Part shown: piece after piece, positions 57,279 through 64,000 of the stretch
How positions within the stretch are numbered: position 1 is the stretch's first letter
Layout of the letters: the number at the start of each line of letters is the position of its first letter
Assembly: GCA_035504215.1 (NCBI GenBank)
Contig: DATJSI010000062.1
Coordinates: 31,311 to 95,310 of the forward strand
DNA length: 64,000 nucleotides
Source of the DNA: Mycobacteriales bacterium
GTDB lineage: Bacteria; Actinomycetota; Actinomycetes; JAFAQI01
Direction of reading: 5' to 3'
The notes under the pieces: generated by a model
The model's database searches: none
Seen by the model: only the letters and a program-made list of their open reading frames with translations
Told to the model about the DNA's origin: nothing
Made by a program: the position numbers and the translations under genes

Positions 57279-57977
57279 TCAGATCCCGGCGATGGTGGAG
57301 CGCCGGGCCTCCAGCCCGATCATCGCGGCCTTGGTCCGGGTCCGCACCCCGAGCTTCGCGAACACGTTCGAGACGTTGTTCTTCGCGGTCTTCTCCGCCA
57401 CGGCTAGCCGGGTCGCGATCTCGCGGTTGCTCAGGCCGTCGGCGAGCAGGTCCAGCACCGCGCGTTCCCGCACCGAAAGCAACTGAAGCCTGGAGTGGGT
57501 CTCTCCGTGCTCCCGCAGGCGGCTCATCATGCGCATTGTCGCCGGCCCGCTCAACGTCGACCCGCCGCTGGCTAGCGCACGGACCGCGAGCAGGATCTCG
57601 GCACTGGTGGCGTCTTTCACCAAGTATCCCCGCACCCCTGCGTGGATGGCATCCATTACGGTCGAGTCGCTGATCGAGGCGGTGAGGACCAGTACGGCCG
57701 GGCCTCCACCGTCGACCGATCGGAGGTCGTCACAGAGCTTCATGCCCGCGCCGTCCGGATTCTGCGGCTCGAGAATCACCACCTGCGCGCGTGACAGCGC
57801 CGCGTTGCGGCGAGCGTCAGCCGTGCTCTCGGCCTCGCCAACAACCCGAAGACCTTCGGCACCTTCGAGGATCCGCCGCAACCCGCGCCTGGACACCTCG
57901 TGGTGATCGACAATGAACACGCTGATCGGCTCGGCGGCCGGCTCGCAGAGCTGGATCGGGACTCGGGTGGTGGCCAT
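57279..57977 (-). CDS. NarL/LuxR-family response regulator (orphan)
   Basis: REC + LuxR HTH. Start at MATTRV (alternative 57989). Confidence 0.75.
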   Translation of the reverse strand: MATTRVPIQLCEPAAEPISVFIVDHHEVSRRGLRRILEGAEGLRVVGEAESTADARRNAALSRAQVVILEPQNPDGAGMKLCDDLRSVDGGGPAVLVLTASISDSTVMDAIHAGVRGYLVKDATSAEILLAVRALASGGSTLSGPATMRMMSRLREHGETHSRLQLLSVRERAVLDLLADGLSNREIATRLAVAEKTAKNNVSNVFAKLGVRTRTKAAMIGLEARRSTIAGI

Positions 57978-58709
57978 AGCCGGTTCCATCGACCAGCGCT
58001 GGCTTTCCGGCGGTGGGACGTTGGTCCTCGGTTGTCGGTCGTTGGACCCTAACCTTGGCATCGGCATCGCGCACGACGCCGTACCAGTGTTCGGCTCGGC
58101 GCATAGCGGATAGCCGCCGCGGACCGTGACCGGTGTCATGAGTCCGGCAGGTCATCGTCACCGATCGGCATGGCGGTGTCATCGGAAGGGCACGGTCTCC
58201 AACGACCTCGAAGGTGTCGGCGAGGCCCTCCGGGTGCTGCGACGGCTGGCAGGGTCACGGCGCTCGGATGTGTTGCACACGGGGAAGTCGGCTGGTCGGT
58301 CGGAGACCTGGTGAAGAATTTGGACTACTAGCCCGCTACGGAGTCTGGTTCTCGCGCGACTGAGCGGACCTGCGGGATGACCTGCTCTTCGTACGGGTAG
58401 ATGAACAGATGAGCTGAGCTGCCGCAGTCGGTCAGACCACACAGATGCTCAAGCGCCAGATCGAAATTGGCGTGAGTATCAATGATCCCCGTGTCCTGCA
58501 TACATGCCCAGCTGCCGTCCGAAGCTTCGGTCGCGCGAAAGTGAGGAGCCACGCCTGACAGACTCGTCGACAGGCACAGACAACTCAAGGGCAGATAGGC
58601 CCTGCCCAGCACTGACAAACGCCACGACCTGACCGCCGACCGAGGGGTCTGCTGCGCGTTCGGTTGACATTTCTTACGAGGGAAGCGGGCTCTCGGGAAG
58701 GAGGTCGCT

Positions 58710-58997
58710 ATGTCGAAGAGGTTCCCGTCGGAGGTCAAGCGTGATGTGGTCACGGTCGTTCGCCGCGGCGATCTGACCGTCAACGAGGTCGCGGCTGATC
58801 CCGACATTTCACCGGAGTCGGTGCGTTGTTGGATGCGCCAGGCCGACGTCGACGACGGAGTCACCGACGGACAGACCAAGTTTGGCGGAATCGTGCCGGC
58901 GACCCGAGCTGCAACGGCGTTATCAAGGGGCAGCCGGCGAGGCGTGAGTCGAGCGTCGCTCTTGGCCGTTCTATGGTCGGTCAGCTCTCTCAGCTAA
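58710..58997 (+). mobile_element. IS3-family transposase OrfA N-terminal fragment (remnant)
   Basis: MSKRFPSEVKRDVVTVVRRGDLTVNEVAADPDISPESVRCWMRQADVDDG is a canonical IS3/IS911 OrfA HTH. The sequence then diverges. No OrfB or inverted repeats were found. The surrounding 58340-58700 is lower in GC. Confidence 0.55.
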
Positions 58998-59076
58998 TTT
59001 CAGCGGTGGGCGGCGTGCTAGGTGCGGTGCGTGGGAACACCTGGTTCGTGGTGCCACGCACGCCCTGGCCTTCGGG

Positions 59077-60462
59077 GTGATTGCTGCAGTAGGCGTCGAC
59101 GTGATGCAGGCGCGGAGCCAGATGGGTTTCACGCTGGCGTTCCACATCGTGCTGGCCTGCCTGGGCGTGGCGTTTCCGGCGGTTGTGTTGGTCGCGAACT
59201 ATCTGGGGCTGCGCCGACGGGATGAGACCGCGCTGTTGTTGGCTCGGCGCTGGTCGCAGGTGATGGCGGTCCTGGTGGCCGTCGGCGCGATCACCGGCAC
59301 AGTTTTGTCCTTCGAGATGGGTTTGCTGTGGCCCGGCCTGATGGGTCGGTTCGGTGGGGCGATCGGGATCCCATTCAGCATCGAGGGGATCTTCTTCCTG
59401 CTCGAGGCGGTGTTCGTCTCGATCTATCTTTACGGCTGGGATCGGCTGTCTGGCTGGCCGCACTTCTGCACCGGCGTGCCGGTCGCCGTCGCCGGTAGCC
59501 TCGGTGCCTGGTCGGTGGTAGCAGCGAATTCGTGGATGAACCAGCCGGCTGGATTCCAGCTCTCCCATGGCCGGCTGACCCACGTGGACCCGGTCGCGGT
59601 GTTCTTCAATCCGGCGACCTACTACGAGGTCCCGCACATGATCCTGGCCGCCTACATGGTCACAGGGTTTTTGGTGGCCTCGGTGTACGCGGTCGGCCTG
59701 CTGAGAGGTCGACGTGACCGATACCACCGGCTCGGCTTCCTGGTGCCCTTCACGATTGCCGGGGTGTGCACCCCCCTGCAGATCTTCGTCGGGGATACCG
59801 CGGCACGCGCCGTCGAGCATCAGCAGCCGCTGAAGTTCGCGGCGATGGAGTACGTGGTCCGTACCCATCGGCACGTTTCCGAGTACCTCGGCGGTGTCTT
59901 CGTCAACGGTCACGTCACCGGAGCGTTGAAAGTGCCCGACCTCGACTCGTTGCTGGTCGGGTTCAGCCCCAATACAAAGGTTGTCGGATGGGACAGCGTC
60001 CCGGCTGCGGGCCGGGCGCCGTTCGTCTCCTTCATCCACCTCTCCTTTGACTTGATGGTGCTGATCGGCTTCGGGCTTCTGGTGCTGGGTGCCTGGTCGG
60101 CGGTGAGCTGGTGGCGTCGGCGCGACCTACCCGGCAGTCGGCTGTTCCTTTGGGGTGGGGCGCTGAGTGGGCTGGCCGCGGTAGTCGCGATGGAATGCGG
60201 CTGGGTGGTCACCGAAGTCGGGCGTCAGCCGTGGATCGTATACAAGGTCATGCTGACCAGCCAGGCCGCAACCACCACCAGTGGGCTGACCGGCACGCTG
60301 ACCGCAATCATCGCCCTCTACGCGGTGCTGGGAATAGCTACCGTTGCGATCCTGCTGGCATTCCGGCGACGGTGGCGACAAACCGCAGCAGTCGACAACA
60401 GGGACGTCCCTTATGGCCCGTCTGCAGGCGAGCCAGCTGACCGGGTCGGGCAGCGGTCGTGA
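59077..60462 (+). CDS. cydA: cytochrome bd ubiquinol oxidase subunit I
   Basis: Nine TM helices. Q-loop and heme-ligand region typical of CydA. Confidence 0.85.
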   Translation: MIAAVGVDVMQARSQMGFTLAFHIVLACLGVAFPAVVLVANYLGLRRRDETALLLARRWSQVMAVLVAVGAITGTVLSFEMGLLWPGLMGRFGGAIGIPFSIEGIFFLLEAVFVSIYLYGWDRLSGWPHFCTGVPVAVAGSLGAWSVVAANSWMNQPAGFQLSHGRLTHVDPVAVFFNPATYYEVPHMILAAYMVTGFLVASVYAVGLLRGRRDRYHRLGFLVPFTIAGVCTPLQIFVGDTAARAVEHQQPLKFAAMEYVVRTHRHVSEYLGGVFVNGHVTGALKVPDLDSLLVGFSPNTKVVGWDSVPAAGRAPFVSFIHLSFDLMVLIGFGLLVLGAWSAVSWWRRRDLPGSRLFLWGGALSGLAAVVAMECGWVVTEVGRQPWIVYKVMLTSQAATTTSGLTGTLTAIIALYAVLGIATVAILLAFRRRWRQTAAVDNRDVPYGPSAGEPADRVGQRS

Positions 60463-61478
60463 TCGCCGTCGACGTGGCCGCCGCGCTGCTGTGGGTCACC
60501 CTCACCGCTTATGCGATCACCGGAGGGGCCGACTTCGGTGGCGGAGTGTGGGACCTACTTGCGGGCGGCGCAAAGCGAGGTGAGCCCGTCCGTCGGCTCA
60601 TCGACGAGAGCATCACGCCGGTCTGGGAAGCCAACCACGTCTGGCTCATCATCACGCTCGTACTGTTCTGGACCGAGTTTCCGCCTGCGTTCGCTGCCGT
60701 GACGTCCACCCTGTTCGTTCCGCTCAGCCTGGTCGCGCTCGGTGTGGTGTTCCGAGGTGCCGGCTTCGCTTACCGCAAACCGCTGCGTCGGCTCTTCCTC
60801 CAGCAACTCACCGGCGCCACCTTCGCGCTCTCCTCGCTGGTCACGCCGTTTTTCATGGGGGCCGCAGCTGGCGCCATCGTCACCGGGCGGGTGCCCGCTG
60901 ATGGCCAGGGGAACCGGGTGACCTCCTGGACCACGCCAACGTGCCTGCTCATCGGAGCGCTGTCGGTAGTCGCCTTCGCCTTCCTCGCCGCGGTCTACCT
61001 GGCCGCGGACGCCCGCCGGCGCGGTGACGGTCCGCTGGTCCGGTACTTCGCGCTTCGGGGGCTTGTCACCGGTGCTCTGACGGGAGGGCTCGGCGCGGCC
61101 GCGCTCACCGAGCTACATGCCCACGCTTCCCTCACGTTTCATCACTTTGCCGGCGGAGGCCCGTTAGCGCTTCTGGTCGTATCGGGCGTTCTCGGTCTGA
61201 GTGCGCTCACCCTCCTCGCCGTCCGCGCGGGTCGTGGCGTCCGGGTTATCGGCGCGGCCGCCTTCGCCACGATGCTCTGGGCATGGGCCGTGGCCCAGTA
61301 TCCCCGCATGCTTCCAGGAGCGTTCAGCTTGCACGCCGCAGCCGCACCAACCGCGAGTTTGGTCACCGAGATGGTCGTCTTCGGCGCCATCGTGGTCCTC
61401 GCCGGGCCGTCCCTGATTCTGCTCTATAGCCTTGCCCAGCGAGGCTTACTCGGCGAAAGTGGCGAGGCGCAACGGTAG
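60459..61478 (+). CDS. cydB: cytochrome bd ubiquinol oxidase subunit II
   Basis: 4-nt overlap with cydA. CydB-type 8-TM protein. Confidence 0.85.
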   Translation: MIAVDVAAALLWVTLTAYAITGGADFGGGVWDLLAGGAKRGEPVRRLIDESITPVWEANHVWLIITLVLFWTEFPPAFAAVTSTLFVPLSLVALGVVFRGAGFAYRKPLRRLFLQQLTGATFALSSLVTPFFMGAAAGAIVTGRVPADGQGNRVTSWTTPTCLLIGALSVVAFAFLAAVYLAADARRRGDGPLVRYFALRGLVTGALTGGLGAAALTELHAHASLTFHHFAGGGPLALLVVSGVLGLSALTLLAVRAGRGVRVIGAAAFATMLWAWAVAQYPRMLPGAFSLHAAAAPTASLVTEMVVFGAIVVLAGPSLILLYSLAQRGLLGESGEAQR

Positions 61479-61535
61479 CCCCCACCTCGACGTCCGAAGC
61501 ACAACGGTCCTCGACGCCTCCCGGGCGAAACTCGC

Positions 61536-61860
61536 TCATCTGACGCGCAATCTCGGTAGGTGTGGCCGGGTCGGCGACCAATCCGCCAGCGGGCGGGGTC
61601 GATCGTGATCAAGGAAGCCGGCCGAGAGCAGCCGTGCGTCACGCTGCTCGTTCCCGGTACTGAGGCTTGCCACCACGATGTCGACATCCGCGGTCGACCG
61701 CTGCGGCGCCTCCGTCTCCGTGCGCACCACGCCGTGCGTCCGCCAGCGAGTGTGATTCGCAAGCCCGGCCGCCGACACCGTCTGTTCTGGTAGCCCCACC
61801 CGTTCGAGTGAGGTGCCGGGAGCGCGTGGCCGGGTACGACAGATTCGCCGACCCGCGGAG
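61536..61860 (-). pseudogene. YceI-family protein fragment (truncated, no proper start)
   Basis: IVVASLSTGNEQRDARLLSAGFLD matches the YceI TGNxxRDxHLxSxDFFD signature. Only about 110 codons long. C-terminal half missing. Confidence 0.4.
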
Positions 61861-61868
61861 GTGGACCG

Positions 61869-62642
61869 ATGATCGCCGTCGCCTCATTGCTCGTGATCGT
61901 CGCGCTGGGCATGCTCATCACCCGACTAGCGATGGTCGCGCTGACGATGACCGGACTGTCTCATGACGTCGCCCGCTTTCAGTCGCGGTCTGCCTACTAC
62001 GGCGTCGGCTTCACCACGTCGGAGTCGGAGCTCGTGGTCAACGAGCCCGGCCGCCGCCGCGTGATCATGACCCTGGTGATCCTCGGCAACGCCGGAATTG
62101 CGACCACGATCACCTCCCTTCTTCTGTCGTTCACGCATGCGACCCAGGGGCAGGCGGCGGAACGGCTCGCGATCATCGTCGGCACGCTGGTGGCGCTCGG
62201 CCTGCTCGCGCACAGCGGCTACCTGGATCGTCAGTTCGGCCGATTCGCTCAGCGCCTGCTCCGTCGCTGGACTGATCTGGAGATCCGGGACTACGCGGCG
62301 CTGCTGGGTGTCCGAGACGGATACACCGTTGGTCAGCTCCGCGTACAGCCCGACGACTGGCTGACCGAGACGCCGTTGCGTGAGCTCAGCCTGCCGGAAG
62401 AGGGAGTGCGCGTGCTGGGCGTGCTCCGCGCGTCGGGAGAATACATCGGCATCCCCGACGGTGCCACGCTGTTGGCCCCGGGAGACGTCGTAATGCTGTA
62501 CGGTCACGCGGACCGCCTCGCCGAGCTCGACGACCGACGCCGTGGGGCCGTGGGAGACGAGGCTCACGCGCATGCGGTGCTGAGTAGGTCCCCGAAGCGG
62601 CCCAGCGTGGTCCCGGACCGATCAGACATGCCGTCAGGTTGA
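61869..62642 (+). CDS. membrane protein with C-terminal TrkA-C (RCK_C) domain
   Basis: Three or four TM helices, then an RCK_C-like beta domain (VGQLRVQPDDWLTETPLRELSLPEEGVRVLGVLR). Confidence 0.55.
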   Translation: MIAVASLLVIVALGMLITRLAMVALTMTGLSHDVARFQSRSAYYGVGFTTSESELVVNEPGRRRVIMTLVILGNAGIATTITSLLLSFTHATQGQAAERLAIIVGTLVALGLLAHSGYLDRQFGRFAQRLLRRWTDLEIRDYAALLGVRDGYTVGQLRVQPDDWLTETPLRELSLPEEGVRVLGVLRASGEYIGIPDGATLLAPGDVVMLYGHADRLAELDDRRRGAVGDEAHAHAVLSRSPKRPSVVPDRSDMPSG

Positions 62643-62719
62643 GGGATGCGCACCGGTTTCCCACTGCGCACAATCGGCGCATGGCTCAGGGTGCACACAA
62701 CCAAAACAGCGGTGACGCG

Positions 62720-63178
62720 ATGACGGCTCCAGCCACCACGCGCAGGAAGGGCGAGGTCACCCGGTCGGATCCCGCCACCGAGTTCATGCGGCTGACCCAG
62801 CAGTTCTCCGGCTTGTTCGACGGCCGCTGGCCGGACATCTCCGCGATCATCGACCGCGAAGCGTTTACGCCGCTGTCGGATATCGAAGAGGCTGACGACG
62901 CGTACCAGATCGACATCGAACTTCCGGGCATCGACAAGAAGGACGTCAACGTCGAGGTGGTGGACCAACGGCTGACCGTAACCGGAGAGCGGCGGGTCAC
63001 CGAGCCGAAGGGCCGGCTACGCCATCGCTCGATCGTGCGCGGAAAGTTCTTCTATGAAGTTTCCCTCCCTGAGCGCGTCGATCCGGAGCATGTGGAAGCC
63101 ACGCTGCGCGACGGCGTCCTTCATGTGCGCGTCCCGAAGAGTCAGGGCACCAAGCACAGGCAGATCGAGATCCACTGA
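62720..63178 (+). CDS. Hsp20/alpha-crystallin small heat-shock protein (third, divergent)
   Basis: ACD motifs (YQIDIELPGIDKKDVNVEV...LTVTGER...GVLHVRVPK). Alternative upstream start 62639. Confidence 0.75.
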   Translation: MTAPATTRRKGEVTRSDPATEFMRLTQQFSGLFDGRWPDISAIIDREAFTPLSDIEEADDAYQIDIELPGIDKKDVNVEVVDQRLTVTGERRVTEPKGRLRHRSIVRGKFFYEVSLPERVDPEHVEATLRDGVLHVRVPKSQGTKHRQIEIH

Positions 63179-63618
63179 TCAACCGTCGCTAGGAAGCGGG
63201 TCTGCGCCTGGCAGGCCCGGTAGGCGGCGGCGTTGGTGCAGTTCAGGCAGGATGTGCTGCAGAACCCACGACAGTGGTTCTTCCTCAGCTCGAGTAGCGC
63301 ATCGTCGCAGTCGACCGACAACGCGTTGATGACCTCGACGGCTTCGTCGAGCCGTCATCCTCGCCGACCTTCAGCCACAGCCGGTGTAGCCGCTCGCGGA
63401 CCTGCCGTACCGCTGCCAACTCGGCGTCGGCGTCACCCCGGCGCCATCACCGAAGACGGCGAACTGCTCCGCGACCTCACCCTCGACCCCAGCCGCGACT
63501 GCCAGCGAGAGCGTCACGCTAATCCGACGCGCGATCGGCGACCCGCGAGACCTGCATTCGCCGACGCCGAACGAACTGATACTTGACCTCCTACTACCGT
63601 TAGGACAAACTCCTGGTC

Positions 63619-64000
63619 GTGGCAGCTGACCCGGAGCCGTTGGATCGCCGGCAGCGTCGCCGGCAGGAGTCGATGGCGGAGATCCTGGACCTGTCGATGG
63701 CCGTGATGGCCGAGCAGGGCGTAGCGGGGCTGTCTCTCGGTGAGGTCGCGCGCCGCATGGGAGTGCGCCCCCCGTCGCTCTACGGCTATTTCCCCTCGAA
63801 GAACGCGGTCTACGACGCGCTGTTCGAGCGGGGAGCGCGGGCGATCATGGACGAGGCGTCCGTATCGTACGCGGTGCCGGTCGGGGACCGGCCGCTGGAG
63901 TCGATGCTGCTGCCGGTCGCGCGCCAACTCGCCGCCTGGTGTCTGGCCCATCCGATCTATGCGCAGTTGCTGTTCTGGCGGCCGGTGCCGGGGTTCACAC
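63619..64000 (+). CDS. TetR-family regulator, 3'-partial (runs off window)
   Basis: GTG start. HTH GLSLGEVARRMGVRPPSLYGYFPSKNAVYDALF. Confidence 0.6.
   Translation, partial: MAADPEPLDRRQRRRQESMAEILDLSMAVMAEQGVAGLSLGEVARRMGVRPPSLYGYFPSKNAVYDALFERGARAIMDEASVSYAVPVGDRPLESMLLPVARQLAAWCLAHPIYAQLLFWRPVPGFT

Noticed and set aside
58328-58879. 183-aa minus ORF upstream of the IS3 fragment
   Set aside because: No start context or family. Only the last about 55 aa look protein-like, a possible foreign gene tail. Treated as part of the IS scar region, not a gene.
61424-61921. 165-aa minus ORF overlapping the YceI fragment
   Set aside because: Different frame from the YceI-like signature. Arg-rich artefact.

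Overview
This 64 kb window is a high-GC actinobacterial chromosomal segment, apparently an adaptive stress-response region rather than a core housekeeping locus. Read from the sequence alone, it holds five groups of features.

- **Secreted and cell-surface cluster (about 0.5-23.5 kb):**
  - An S53 sedolisin protease sits next to an orphan type IV pilin.
  - Downstream are a YVTN beta-propeller, a 14-repeat CPxxxLC protein, a beta-helix protein, a COG4315 lipoprotein, a Tat/DyP-like protein and a large secreted hypothetical.
- **Redox genes:**
  - KatE catalase is followed on the same strand by a hemerythrin gene.
  - A glutathione-independent formaldehyde dehydrogenase, a sulfite-oxidase-like molybdoenzyme with an FNR-like reductase, an SDR oxidoreductase and an Acg-type nitroreductase are present.
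  - cydAB is present without cydDC.
- **Mycobacterial dormancy (DosR)-like content:**
  - Two paralogous divergent hspR-like/hsp20 cassettes are present, plus a third hsp20.
  - A universal stress protein and several CBS-pair proteins are present.
  - A GAF-sensor histidine kinase with a NarL/DosR-type regulator and a GAF-ANTAR protein are present.
  - STAS antagonists, two membrane GGDEF-EAL proteins and a 1062-aa AAA+/class-III nucleotidyl cyclase are present.
- **Membrane transport and ion-handling:**
  - A MarR-ClC-SCO1 operon is present.
  - CaCA, MFS, YaaH-like, DUF421 and TrkA-C membrane proteins are also present.
- **Non-coding features not explained by the genes:**
  - A roughly 60-90 bp conserved non-coding element occurs in two copies (44.2 and 48.7 kb).
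  - An AT-rich TAGRTGCATAATGCA box is shared by two promoters.
  - A perfect 16-bp palindrome lies between katE and fdhA.
  - The N-terminal module of a histidine kinase is tandemly duplicated and yields a stand-alone small membrane ORF.
  - An IS3 orfA scar, a YceI pseudogene fragment and a tRNA-like T-arm remnant suggest past mobile-element activity.

No CRISPR array, rRNA or intact tRNA was recognised. Many long GC-frame antisense ORFs in the supplied track were judged to be artefacts.
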